A stretch of 64,000 nucleotides of DNA from an uncultured Gemmatimonadaceae bacterium (GTDB lineage Bacteria; Gemmatimonadota; Gemmatimonadetes; Gemmatimonadales; Gemmatimonadaceae). How positions within the stretch are numbered: the first letter of the stretch is position 1; each line of letters starts with the position of its first letter. Under the pieces are notes generated by a model. The model saw only the letters and a list, made by a program, of their open reading frames with translations, did no database searches and was not told the origin of the DNA. The translations under genes and the position numbers were made by a program. The stretch lies in contig OY970320.1 of assembly GCA_963716745.1 (NCBI GenBank), forward strand, positions 32,001 to 96,000. Direction: 5' to 3'. This document shows positions 50,011 through 62,020 of this stretch, one piece after another.

Positions 50011-51345
50011 TTGTTGAGTAGATCTCATTCGCTGGCGGTCCTCGCGATCGCCGCCTTGGCGTTGGGTGCCTGTCAGGAGAAGCTGACCGGGGGGAACGCC
50101 TGCCCGTCGCTTTGCACCGAGCAGACGGTCGGCTTCGTCGATACCGTGTTCACCGCGGATCAAGTGATCGACACGATGCTCACGCTGCCGGGGCTCCCAT
50201 CGATCGGGACCGAGCCTGGCATCCTGCTCGCGCGGTATGCGCAGAACGGTGATTCGGTCGTCTCGGTTGGCGTGTTCCGCTTCGACTCGATCAACCGGAG
50301 CTTCCTGCCGGCCGATACCGCTTCGCCTCCCGTCCCGTTGACCTCGGCCGACTCGTCGTTCCTGTCGCTCACGGTCACGGGCGCGCTCGACACGATCAAT
50401 GTGCAAGACACGGTCGTGTTCACCGCGTACAACGTGTACGCGAACGTGCCATACCTCGACACGGGCGTCGTGCACGCCAAGTTCTTGGGCACGCCGATCG
50501 GCACGGTCAGCGTGCCGCGCGATTCCGTCACCGGGATCCTGAAGATCCCGATCGATACGTTGTTGGTCACGCAGGCGATCCTGACCAACACTCCCGTGAA
50601 CATCGGGATCAGCGTGTCGAGCAAGAAACGGGTGAATCTCACGGTGCTTGCCTCCGAGGGCACGCCGAACGGCAATGGGGAAGCGGTGCTGAACTATCGC
50701 GGCATCGCGGATACGCTGAAGGAAGGGTTCCGGGTATTCCTGAACACGCAGGTCACGACGTTCGGGCCGCCGATCTCCGCGATGCGCGATTACCAGATGA
50801 GCTTCCAGGGATCTCCGCCCTATCCGGTCGGCGTCCTCGCGGTGGGAGGACTGCCGAGCAATCGCGTACTCGTGCGATTCAAGTTCCCGTCGTGGCTGAT
50901 CGACTCGACTACCACGGTGGTCCGCGCCGACCTCATCCTGAATCAGCAGCCATTCCCGGCCTTCCGCGTCGACAGCGACTCGGTCACGATGAATGGCTGG
51001 CCCGTCACCGCCAGCCCGGCGGTCACGGATCTGGTGAAGATCGGTACGATCATCGGCACCAGCTCGCTCGTGAGCCTGCGACAGGCGTTCCTGCCTCCGT
51101 ACGGCACCGGTGTCGATACGGTCTCGCTGATCCGTGAAGGCGTCGGGACCATCCCGGCGTTCCTCACAATGTTCTCGTACTGGAAGTTCCAGGGCGACCA
51201 GACGCAGCGTGCCATCGTGCTCGCGCTCGCGTCCGAGGGCACGGAACCACGCGAGCTCTGGTTCTACGGCACCTCGGCATCTCCGGCACTGCGGCCAAAA
51301 GTGCATGTGAGCTATGTCCCGCACTCTGTGATCGGTCTCCCGTGA
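50011..51345 (+). CDS. Putative beta-rich lipoprotein
   Basis: Hydrophobic leader ending in lipobox LGAC; Thr/Ser/Val-rich sequence. Confidence 0.7.
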   Translation: MLSRSHSLAVLAIAALALGACQEKLTGGNACPSLCTEQTVGFVDTVFTADQVIDTMLTLPGLPSIGTEPGILLARYAQNGDSVVSVGVFRFDSINRSFLPADTASPPVPLTSADSSFLSLTVTGALDTINVQDTVVFTAYNVYANVPYLDTGVVHAKFLGTPIGTVSVPRDSVTGILKIPIDTLLVTQAILTNTPVNIGISVSSKKRVNLTVLASEGTPNGNGEAVLNYRGIADTLKEGFRVFLNTQVTTFGPPISAMRDYQMSFQGSPPYPVGVLAVGGLPSNRVLVRFKFPSWLIDSTTTVVRADLILNQQPFPAFRVDSDSVTMNGWPVTASPAVTDLVKIGTIIGTSSLVSLRQAFLPPYGTGVDTVSLIREGVGTIPAFLTMFSYWKFQGDQTQRAIVLALASEGTEPRELWFYGTSASPALRPKVHVSYVPHSVIGLP

Positions 51346-52475
51346 AGCGATATCGTGTTGTATTGACCGCGCTGGTCGTTGCCGGCGCGGCCAGCGCCGC
51401 CGCACAGGGGACTCTGAGCACGCAGGGCTACGGCTATCCGGCGGGTCCGCTCTCCACGCGGGCGCTCACGCTGGGCGGCTCGGTGAGTGAGCTCGATCCC
51501 ATTAGTGCGGTGAACCCGGCGGCGCTTACGACGTGGGGGCGCTCGGGACTGTACGGCCAGTTCGGTCCGGAGTTCCGCACGGTGACCGCGAACGGCACCA
51601 ACGATGAGTCGACGGTCATTCGCTTCCCGCTCTTCGCGGGAGCGCTGGCCGTGAACGAGCGCCTCATCTTCGGCGTCTCGTTCTCGAATCTGCTCGACCG
51701 CACCTGGCAGACCGAGGTGAAGGGCTACTATCCGGTCGGCGGCGGCGACAGCGTGGCGTACGATCAGCTGTTCAGCTCGAGGGGGGCGATCACGAACGGC
51801 CGGATCGCCGGCGCGTACCGTCTCACGAACACGCTGCGGATCGGCTTCGGATTCCACTTCTACACCGGACAAACGACGCTCGGCATCATCGAGACCTTCG
51901 GCGACTCGACGTTCGCGGGGTTCACCCAGGCGACCGTCGTGAACCTCTCGGGCACGGGCTACAGCGGGGGACTCGCCTGGAGTCCGATCACCACGGTGGC
52001 GATCGGTGTGTCGGGCGAGCTGGGCGGTGTGATGCGCGCGCGCCGGAACGATACGCTCGTGACCAACGCTCATGTTCCCGATCGCGCCGGCGTGAGCATT
52101 CTCTGGGCAGGCATCACCGGCATCAGCGTCTCCGCCGACGCGGAGTGGACGCAATGGTCGGCGATGAACGGGCTCGCCCAGAGCCCGGTGCTCGCGGTGG
52201 ACACGTGGGATTACGGGGTCGGCGCCGAGATCAAGATCGGCGAACTCTCCGGCAATGGCGTGCCGCTCCGATTCGGGTATCGCGTGCGCGGGCTACCCTT
52301 CCAAGCCGATTCGGCGAATGTCACCGAGAGAGTCTTCTCGTTCGGCGGCGGCATCCCGCTCGCGCAGAACCGCGCGCGCATCGACATCGGGGTCCTCCAT
52401 TCGTCGCGCAGTGCGGACCTGCCGGTGAAGGAGAGCGCGTGGACCCTCAGCATCGGCATCCTCGTCCGCCCGTAG
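51342..52475 (+). CDS. Putative outer-membrane beta-barrel (FadL/PorV-like N-terminus)
   Basis: Signal peptide, R...LGG...NPAAL motif, alternating beta-strand pattern. Confidence 0.65.
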   Translation: MKRYRVVLTALVVAGAASAAAQGTLSTQGYGYPAGPLSTRALTLGGSVSELDPISAVNPAALTTWGRSGLYGQFGPEFRTVTANGTNDESTVIRFPLFAGALAVNERLIFGVSFSNLLDRTWQTEVKGYYPVGGGDSVAYDQLFSSRGAITNGRIAGAYRLTNTLRIGFGFHFYTGQTTLGIIETFGDSTFAGFTQATVVNLSGTGYSGGLAWSPITTVAIGVSGELGGVMRARRNDTLVTNAHVPDRAGVSILWAGITGISVSADAEWTQWSAMNGLAQSPVLAVDTWDYGVGAEIKIGELSGNGVPLRFGYRVRGLPFQADSANVTERVFSFGGGIPLAQNRARIDIGVLHSSRSADLPVKESAWTLSIGILVRP

Positions 52476-52479
52476 GCCC

Positions 52480-53646
52480 GTGACCGATCGCGCCGAGCGC
52501 TCGCCCCTGATCCTCGTGGCGGATGACGTGCCGGCCAACGTGGCCGCGCTCGAGGACCAGCTCACGACGCTCGGCTACCGCGTCGTGAGCGCGGTGGACG
52601 GCCCGGGAGCGCTCGCCGCGTGCCAATCGCAGCGTCCTGACCTGTGCATCCTCGATGTCTCGATGCCGCCGGGTTCGCTCGAATGCGACGCGCGCGACAC
52701 CGGGTTCGAGGTGTGCCGGCGCATCAAGCGCGATCCGCGCACCGCGCGCATTCCCGTGATCTTCGTCACGGCGCTCAACGACACCAGCGACCGCGTGAAG
52801 GCGATCGAAGCCGGCGGCGACGACTTCCTGAGTAAGCCGCACAGCCGCCAGGTGTTGAGCGCGCGCGTGCGGTCATTGCTGCGCCTCAAGTTCGCGACGG
52901 AGGCGCTCGAAGAGAGCTACGCGCGGCTCCGCGAACTCGAACAGGTGCGCGATGACCTCATGAAGATGATCGTGCACGACCTCAAGACGCCGCTCGCGAG
53001 CGTCCTCGCGTCGCTCGAGATGGTGCTCGACAACGATTTTGGCCCGGTCACGGAAGAGCAGCGCCGCGCGCTCGGCGATGCCGAGTCACGTGCCGAGGAG
53101 CTGCTCGCGCTCATCGAGGATCTCCTGGAGGTCGCGCGCATCGAGGAGACTTCGCTCGCGCTCGAACGCCGGCCCGTCGCGCCCGGTGCGCTGCTCACCG
53201 AGATCGCGCACGAATGGGGCGCGCGATTCCAACGCGCGCACACCACGGCGAGCGTCACCGCCGCGGATGATGCGCCGGTGTTCGAGGCCGACCGGGCGCT
53301 GCTCAAGCGCGTCTTCGGCAACCTGATCCAGAATGCCATCATGCACGGCGGTGAGCGCGTGACGCTGTCGCTCAGCGCCGAGCGCGACGCCGGCGATGGC
53401 GTGCTATTCACGGTTGCGGACGACGGCCCGGGCATCCCGGTGGAATTCCACGAGTCGATCTTCCGGAAGTTCGAGCGCGTGCGGAAGGCGGACGCGCCAC
53501 GCGTGCGGAGCTCCGGGCTCGGACTCACCTTCTGCAAGCTGGTGGTGGAAGCGCATGGCGGGCGGATCTGGGTGGAGAGCGTCGAAGGGAAGGGGAGCCG
53601 TTTCTTCATCGCGCTGCCCCCGGGCGCCGGCTCGTCCGCGGCATGA
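52480..53646 (+). CDS. Cytoplasmic hybrid kinase (REC-HisKA-HATPase)
   Basis: VADD...LDVSMP...KP; HDLKTPL, NLIQNA, DDGPGI, GLGL; no TM. Confidence 0.9.
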   Translation: MTDRAERSPLILVADDVPANVAALEDQLTTLGYRVVSAVDGPGALAACQSQRPDLCILDVSMPPGSLECDARDTGFEVCRRIKRDPRTARIPVIFVTALNDTSDRVKAIEAGGDDFLSKPHSRQVLSARVRSLLRLKFATEALEESYARLRELEQVRDDLMKMIVHDLKTPLASVLASLEMVLDNDFGPVTEEQRRALGDAESRAEELLALIEDLLEVARIEETSLALERRPVAPGALLTEIAHEWGARFQRAHTTASVTAADDAPVFEADRALLKRVFGNLIQNAIMHGGERVTLSLSAERDAGDGVLFTVADDGPGIPVEFHESIFRKFERVRKADAPRVRSSGLGLTFCKLVVEAHGGRIWVESVEGKGSRFFIALPPGAGSSAA

Positions 53647-54887
53647 GAGTATTCCTCGCAACCCACGGCTGCCGCGCGAACCAGTACGACAGCGCGGCCG
53701 TTCGCGCGATGCTGGAGAGCGAGGGGCACGAGATCGAGGGCGCGCCGGAACGCGCGGAGATGGCGGTGTTCAACTCGTGTGCCGTCACCGCGGACGCGGT
53801 CGCGGACCTGCGACAAGGAGTACGGCGCGCGGCGCGCCGCAATCCCGCGCTGCGCACGGTGGTGATGGGCTGCGCGGCGGCGCTGGATCGCGGCGAGATC
53901 GCGGCGCTGCCCACGGTGCGCGACGTGATCGGCGGCGCGCCGATGGATGCGATCGCCGCCGCGCTCGGACTCACGCCCGCGGCGGCGACGGTGCGCGCCG
54001 CCGAACAGACCGGCGTGCGCGCGCTGCTTCGCATCCAGGATGGGTGCGACGAACACTGCACCTTCTGCGCGACGACCATCGCACGCGGCGCGGCGCGCTC
54101 GCGGCCGGTGAACGAACTCGTTGCCGAAGCGTTGCGGCTCGCCGAGCATCACGCCGAGATCGTGCTCACCGGCATTCACATCGGGCAGTACGGACGCGAC
54201 TTTGGCTCGTCACTCGGCGACCTGCTCGAGACGCTCGTGGCGCGCGTGGACACCGTGCGCTTCCGGCTCTCCTCGGTGGAGGCGAGCGAAGTGGATGACC
54301 GGCTCGCGGACCTGCTCGCCGGCGACGCACGGCGCGTCGCGCCCTGGCTGCACGCGCCGCTGCAGTCGGGGTCGGACCGGATCCTGAAGCGGATGGGGCG
54401 GCACTGGTACTCCGCCGCACGCTACGCCGCCGCCATAGAGCGGCTGGCCGCGCGCACGCCGCTGCTCGGGCTCGGCGCCGACATCATCGCCGGCTTCCCC
54501 GGCGAGAGCGACGCCGATCACGACGCGACACTCGCGCTCGTGGCGCAGTTGCCCTTCACGGCCCTCCACGTCTTCCCGTACTCGGAGCGGCCGGGCACGG
54601 CCGCCGCGCGCCTCGGCGGTATTGTTCCGCGGCCGACGGCGATCCGCCGCGCCGCGGAGTTGCGCGCGCTCGGCGAGCGGAAGGCGGCGGCACATCGTGC
54701 CTCGCGCATCGGCGGCATGGCGGACGTGGTGGTGCTCGCGGGCGCGTCGCGCCGGGAGGGACTCACCGAGGATCACCTCACCGTGCGCCTGCGCGACGAG
54801 TCGCTGGCGCGCGGCGCCCGCGTGCGAGCGAGGCTGGAAGGCCAGTCCGGCGATGCGACTCTGTTCGCCCGCACTGGAGCGGAGTAG
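53643..54887 (+). CDS. mtaB: tRNA methylthiotransferase, MtaB-like
   Basis: HGCRANQYDS, NSCAVT, IQDGCDEHCTFC, HVFPYSERPGT. Confidence 0.85.
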   Translation: MRVFLATHGCRANQYDSAAVRAMLESEGHEIEGAPERAEMAVFNSCAVTADAVADLRQGVRRAARRNPALRTVVMGCAAALDRGEIAALPTVRDVIGGAPMDAIAAALGLTPAAATVRAAEQTGVRALLRIQDGCDEHCTFCATTIARGAARSRPVNELVAEALRLAEHHAEIVLTGIHIGQYGRDFGSSLGDLLETLVARVDTVRFRLSSVEASEVDDRLADLLAGDARRVAPWLHAPLQSGSDRILKRMGRHWYSAARYAAAIERLAARTPLLGLGADIIAGFPGESDADHDATLALVAQLPFTALHVFPYSERPGTAAARLGGIVPRPTAIRRAAELRALGERKAAAHRASRIGGMADVVVLAGASRREGLTEDHLTVRLRDESLARGARVRARLEGQSGDATLFARTGAE

Positions 54888-54895
54888 CTTTCCGC

Positions 54896-56234
54896 ATGGC
54901 CGAGCGTGGCGGGACCGTCTATATCGAGACGTACGGGTGCCAGATGAACGTGAGCGATTCCGAGCTGATGCTCGGCCGTCTCGCGGAAGATGGGTTCGTG
55001 CCGGTGGACGGCCCGGATGGCGCCGACGTCATCCTCGTGAACACGTGCGCGATCCGCGATCACGCCGAGCAGCGGGTGTTCGGCCGCATCGGCGAACTCA
55101 AGCGGCACATGACCGAGCGCACCGTGCTGGGCGTGACCGGCTGTATGGCGCAGCGCCTCGGCCCCGCGCTCCTCGAGCGCGCGGCGCACGTGGACCTCGT
55201 GGTGGGACCCGACGGCTATCGCGCGCTGCCGGCGCTCATCGCCGGCGCGCGCGAGGGCCGTCGTGCGGCGCGCGTGGAATTCGACATCGAAGAGCATTAC
55301 GAGGATTTCAGCGCGAGACGCTTCGAAGGCGTGCGCGCGTGGGTGCCCGTGCAGCGTGGTTGCGACTACAAGTGCACGTACTGCATCGTGCCAACGACGC
55401 GCGGCCCGGAACGCAGCCGCCGGCTGGCGGACGTCGTGCGCGAATCGCACGAGATCGCGGCGCAGGGGATCACCGAGATCACGCTGCTCGGTCAGACGGT
55501 GAACTCCTATCACGATGGCGAGCACGAATTCGGCGCGCTGCTGCGTGCGGTCGGCGCCGTGAACGGGATCCGCCGCGTGAGGTTCACGAGCCCGCACCCC
55601 AACGATTTCTCCAACGCGGTGCTCGCCGCGATGGCGGAGACGCCCGCCGTGTGCGAGCATGTGCATCTGCCCATGCAGTCGGGCAGCGATCGCACGCTCA
55701 AGCGGATGCTGCGCCGGTACACGCGCGACGAATACTTCGCGTGCGCCGAGCGGCTGCGCGCGGCGATCCCCGGATTGGCGCTGAGCACCGACGTCATCGT
55801 CGGCTTCCCGGGGGAGACGGACGACGATTTCGAGGAGACGCTCTCGGCGGTGCGAGCGCTCGCGTTCGACGATGCCTACACGTTCAAGTTCTCGCTGCGC
55901 GAGGGAACGCCCGCCGAACGGCTTCCCGCGGCGCTCACCGTGCCCGACGATGTCGCGAGCGAGCGGCTCGACCGCCTGATCGCGCTGCAGCGCGAACTCA
56001 CGCGCGCGCGCAGCCGGGCGCTGCTCGGCACGCGGCACGAAGTGCTGATCGAGAAGAGCGCACGCCGCGGCGGGCTGCTGCAGGGGCGCACGCGCCGGCA
56101 TCAGACCGTGCTCGTCGCCGGCGACGCGTCGCTCATCGGGACGCTACCTGACCGTGGAGCTCACGGGCACCACGGGCTCGACGTTCACCGGCGCGCCCGT
56201 CTCCTCGCGCGCGGCACTGCCGATGGCCGGATGA
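54896..56234 (+). CDS. miaB: tRNA-i6A37 methylthiotransferase MiaB (apparent frameshift at ~56144)
   Basis: ETYGCQMN..DS, NTCAIR, GCDYKCTYC, IVGFPGET. Removing one C restores the TRAM-domain end (YLTVELTGTTGSTFTG) with a stop at 56232-34. Confidence 0.92.
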
Positions 56235-56515
56235 AGAATCTCCTCGAGGGCTCCATTCGCGAGCTCTACCGCGAACTGCGCGAGAATTTCCCTGAAGCCT
56301 GCCGCTGCGACCGTTGCGAGAGCGACGCGATCACGTACGCGTTGAACCATCTCCATCCGCGGTACACCGTGGAGGAGAATCCCGGCCGGACGCTCGTCGC
56401 GGTGGACCTGCAGCGCGAGGGCACGCGCGCCGAACTCGCCGTGACCGTGATCGACGCGATCAAGCTCGTGGCGATGAATCCGCGGCATCCGCGCGCGCCG
56501 CGCGCGGCGGAGTGA
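56231..56515 (+). CDS. ComFB-family (late competence development) protein
   Basis: MKNLLE...CRCDRCESD...ALNHLHPRY...V..NPRH matches the ComFB signature; ATGA overlap with the corrected miaB stop. Confidence 0.8.
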   Translation: MKNLLEGSIRELYRELRENFPEACRCDRCESDAITYALNHLHPRYTVEENPGRTLVAVDLQREGTRAELAVTVIDAIKLVAMNPRHPRAPRAAE

Positions 56516-56607
56516 TCGGGACCTTCGCGCCACGGTAGGATGGCGGCCCGCGCAGGGGCGCGGCGCATGCTGGGAGATCGAGACTCCGGCGCCGCGCGCG
56601 CCGCCCC

Positions 56608-58916
56608 ATGCCCCTCATCGCGTACGCCGTCGCGTCGTTCGCGGCGGGATTGCTGCTCGGGTTCGCCGATCTGCCATTCGCCGGCGCCGTGTGCGCGGGA
56701 GCGCTCGCGGTCGCCGGCTTGTTGCGCGGACGTCGCGCGCTCGCCGCGTTGGGCGCGCTGGTGGCGGCGGGCATCCTCGTGGCCGGCGCGAGCGACGGGA
56801 TGCGCGAGCGCTGTGTGCGCCGCGTCGCCGCCGCGAGCGAATGGCGCGTCGTGCCCGATGACGATGCATCGCCGGGCGCGTTCGTCGGCGGCGAGGCTTC
56901 GGTCGACGGATGCACCGTGCATGCCTCGCTTTCCGTGGTCCGGGGCAATGCGCGCGCCGGCGAGGCGGTGGTCGTGCGCGGAGATGCCACGCGAGCGCCG
57001 CGGGGAGTGCGTATCGCGCACGCGGCCCTCGCGCCGGATGAGGGCGGCTCGGCGCTGATCCGCGCGCGCGCCGATGCCGGCGTGCGCATCGACGCGATCT
57101 TCGGCGCCGACGCGCCCATGGTGCGTGCGCTCCTCATCGCCGACCAGCGGGCGGTCGATCCGGCGATCCGCGACCGCTTCGCCGCAGCCGGCATCGTGCA
57201 CATGCTCTCGATCTCGGGACTGCACGTGGCGATCATCGCCGCCGCGGTGCGACTGCTCTTCCTCGCGCTGCGCCTGCGGAGCGGGCCGGCGACCGCCGCG
57301 ACGCTGGCCGTGCTCGCGCTCTATCTCGCGGTGATCGGCGCGCCGCCGCCGGCGCTCCGGTCCGGCGTGATGCTCGGCGCCGCCGCGCTCACTCGGCAGC
57401 TGCAGCGTCCCGTGTCGGCGTGGGCGGTGCTCGCGCTCGGCGCCGCCGCGCCGCTCGTGGATCCGCGCACGGTCACCGACCTTGGCTACCAACTCAGCGT
57501 GTTGGGCATGGCGAGCCTGATCGCCGGCGGCATCCTCGCGAAGAAGTGGTGCGCGAAGCTGGACGGCTGGCGCGCGACGATCGCGGCGGTCGCGCTCATA
57601 TCGACCATCGCGACGGTCGCGAGCGCGCCGCTCGTGGCGTGGTACTTCGGGCGCGTCAGCGTGATCGCGCCGCTCACGAACATGCTCGCCACGCCGCGTG
57701 GTCGGCGTGCTGCAGCCCACGCTCTTCCTGGCGCTGGCGCTCTCGCCATGGCGCGCGGGCGCGCGATTCATCGCGGACGCGGCGCATCCGATGCTCGCGG
57801 CGTTCGGGGCGATCGCAGCGGCCGGCGCGGCCGTTCCTGGCGCGAGTGTGCACGTCGCGCCAACGCTCGCGACCGCGATGCTCTACGGTGTGGCGGCACT
57901 GGCGTTGCTCGTCGCGTGCGCCAGTCATTTTCCCGAGCGGGCGCTCATCGCAGGACTCGCGGCGCTCGCCGCGGCGGTCTGGGCGCCCGACGTGCTCGCG
58001 CCGCCGCGCGGCATGGAGCTGCACGTGATCGACGTGGGGCAGGGCGACGCGGTGGCGGTGCGCACGCCGCGCGGCCGCTGGATCCTCACCGATGCGGGCC
58101 GCGCGTGGAATGGCGGTGACGCGGGACGCAGCACCGTGGTGCCGTACCTCCGGCGCTACGGCGGGGCGGTGGCGCTCTTCGTACTCACCCATCCGCACGC
58201 CGACCACGCGGGCGGCGCCGCAACCGTGATGCGCGCCCTTCATCCCGCAGCCTATTGGGACGGCGCCTTCGCCGGCACGAGCGATCCATATCGCGCGTCG
58301 CTCGCGGCGGCCGACAGCGGCGGCGTTCCCTGGCAGCGCGCGCACCCCGGCGACACGCTCTCCGTGGACGGTGTCACGCTCCGCGTGCTCGCCCCCGATT
58401 CGCTCTGGATGTCGGGACTCCGCGACCCGAACGCGGCGAGCGTCGTCACGCTCGTGGAATACCGGGACGTACGCTTCCTGCTCACCGGCGACGCAGAGGC
58501 GGGCGAGGAAGAGCGGCTCGTGGAGCGCTACGGCGCCACACTGCATGCCGCCGTGCTCAAGGTCGCGCATCATGGCAGCAAGACGAGCAGCACGCCCGAA
58601 TTCCTGGCCGCGGTCCATCCCCGGCTCGCGATCATCTCGGTGGGCGCCGGCAATTCCTACGGTCATCCGAGCGCCGAGACGCTCGCCGCGCTCGCGCGCG
58701 CCGGCGTTGCCGTGATGCGCACCGATCGCGCCGGCACGATCGTGGTGCGCACCGACGGCCATCGCGTCGTGCTCGCCGGATTCGCTCGGCGACTGGACGC
58801 TCCCCGCCGATCCGCCGATCGGCGTCACCCTTGCAGTATCCATCGCGGAGGGGGAAATTCCGCACGCCGGCGACAGTCGACACTCGACAGCCGAGACCCG
58901 TCTTCCGCCTCCATGA
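56608..58916 (+). CDS. comEC: ComEC/Rec2 DNA-uptake channel with MBL-fold domain (apparent frameshifts at ~57697 and ~58778)
   Basis: [14 protein letters not shown]; then DVGQGD, THPHADH, LTGD, KVAHHGS, NSYGHP, RTD..G. Confidence 0.88.
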
Positions 58917-59929
58917 GCGTGGTCAACCACACCAGCACGTCGGTCGTCACGATCGAGCGCTTCATCATCGAGCAGGAGCGCCTCCATCCCGAGGCGACCG
59001 GCGAACTGTCGGGCATCCTGTACGACATGGCACTCGCCGCGAAGATGATCGCGAACAAGGTGCGCAGCGCCGGGCTCGTCGACGTGCTCGGCTCGGCGGA
59101 CACCGAGAACGTGCAGGGCGAGGTGCAGCAGAAGCTCGACGTGATCGCGAACGAGATCGTGGTGAAGGCGATGGACCACGCCGGCCGCCTGTGCGCGATG
59201 GCGAGCGAAGAGGAGCCGGAGATCATCCAGATCCCCGAGGGATTCCGCCTCGGGAAATACCTGCTGATGTTCGATCCGCTCGACGGTTCGTCCAACATCG
59301 ATGTGAACGTGCCGGTGGGCACGATCTTCTCCGTGGTGAAGAAGATCACGCGCGGCGTGCGCGGCGAGCTCGAGGATCTGCTGCAGCCCGGCCGCCGCCA
59401 GGTCGCGGCGGGCTACGTGATCTACGGCTCGAGCACGATGCTCGTATACACCACGGGGCAGGGCGTCCACGGCTTCACCCTCGATCCAGCGATCGGCGAG
59501 TTCCTGCTCTCGCATCCCAACATCAAAGTGCCGGCCACGGGCCGCTATCTGTCGGTGAACGATTCGTACGAGCCGCTGTGGGATCCGCGCGTGCAGACGC
59601 TCATGCGCCAGTACCGCGGCCTCGAGGGCGGACGCAAGCCGCTCAACGTGCGCTACGTGGGCAGTCTCGTGGCCGACATCCATCGCAATCTGCTCGGCGG
59701 CGGCGTGTTCGCGTATCCGGCCAACACGAAATCGCCCAAGGGCAAGCTGCGGCTGCTCTACGAGGCCAATCCGCTCGCGTTCATCGTGGAGCAGGCGGGC
59801 GGCGCGGCGTCCGACGGCACGCGGCGCATCATGGACATCGCGCCGACCGAGCTGCACCAGCGCACACCGCTGTTCATCGGCAACAGCGACGAGGTCGCGA
59901 TGGCGGCCACCGCGCTCGCGGGCGCCTAG
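58913..59929 (+). CDS. fbp: Class I fructose-1,6-bisphosphatase
   Basis: [39 protein letters not shown]. Confidence 0.95.
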   Translation: MSVVNHTSTSVVTIERFIIEQERLHPEATGELSGILYDMALAAKMIANKVRSAGLVDVLGSADTENVQGEVQQKLDVIANEIVVKAMDHAGRLCAMASEEEPEIIQIPEGFRLGKYLLMFDPLDGSSNIDVNVPVGTIFSVVKKITRGVRGELEDLLQPGRRQVAAGYVIYGSSTMLVYTTGQGVHGFTLDPAIGEFLLSHPNIKVPATGRYLSVNDSYEPLWDPRVQTLMRQYRGLEGGRKPLNVRYVGSLVADIHRNLLGGGVFAYPANTKSPKGKLRLLYEANPLAFIVEQAGGAASDGTRRIMDIAPTELHQRTPLFIGNSDEVAMAATALAGA

Positions 59930-59971
59930 CGGCGCTGCGATGGCGCGCTCCGGTGCGCATCGCCACGGATC

Positions 59972-61558
<1,587 letters not shown>

Positions 61559-61631
61559 TCTCCACTCACGCCGTGTCAGTACCATGCGCCATACGCGCCT
61601 CTCAACGTAGTACCAATCTCGCCTCCCGCCG

Positions 61632-61660
61632 TTGAGTCGAACGCACATCGCGGGTAGCTT
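61632..61660 (+). promoter_or_regulatory. Putative sigma70 promoter
   Basis: TTGAGT-17nt-TAGCTT upstream of the FmdB-like gene and argS. Confidence 0.55.
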
Positions 61661-61693
61661 TAGCAGTTGATCTCTCCCTCGCGATAGAGCCAC

Positions 61694-62020
61694 ATGCCGA
61701 CGTATGAATACGCCTGTCCCCGCGGTCACCGCTTCGAACGGTTCGTCCGCAAGATCAGCGACGCCGAAGCCGCTCCCGCCTGTCCGGAGTGCGGTGAGAT
61801 CGCGTCGCGTCTGATCTCGGGCGCGGGGCTCGTCTTCAAGGGGTCGGGCTTCTACATCACCGACTACGGCAAGGACGGCAAGAAGAAGCAGGAGACCGCG
61901 GCGCCGAAGAGCGAGAGCGGCAAGAGCGATGGCGGCGCGCCCGCGTCGCCCGCGCCGGGCGCGTCGACGGAGAAGAAGCCCGCGAACCCTGCGCCGCCGA
62001 AGTCCAAGGGCGGGGAATGA
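61694..62020 (+). CDS. FmdB-family zinc-ribbon protein
   Basis: MPTYEYAC..GH.FE...CPECG...FKGSGFYITDY, low-complexity tail. Confidence 0.88.
   Translation: MPTYEYACPRGHRFERFVRKISDAEAAPACPECGEIASRLISGAGLVFKGSGFYITDYGKDGKKKQETAAPKSESGKSDGGAPASPAPGASTEKKPANPAPPKSKGGE

Noticed and set aside
54896..56515. Apparent MiaB-ComFB fusion (539-aa ORF)
   Set aside because: Removing one C at ~56144 restores a normal TRAM-domain end and a stop that overlaps the ComFB ATG (ATGA), the coupling pattern used throughout the window.
57698..59929. Apparent ComEC-FBPase fusion (743-aa ORF)
   Set aside because: The linker translation looks out of frame. Removing one base at ~58778 ends ComEC at TGA 58914-16, overlapping the fbp ATG.
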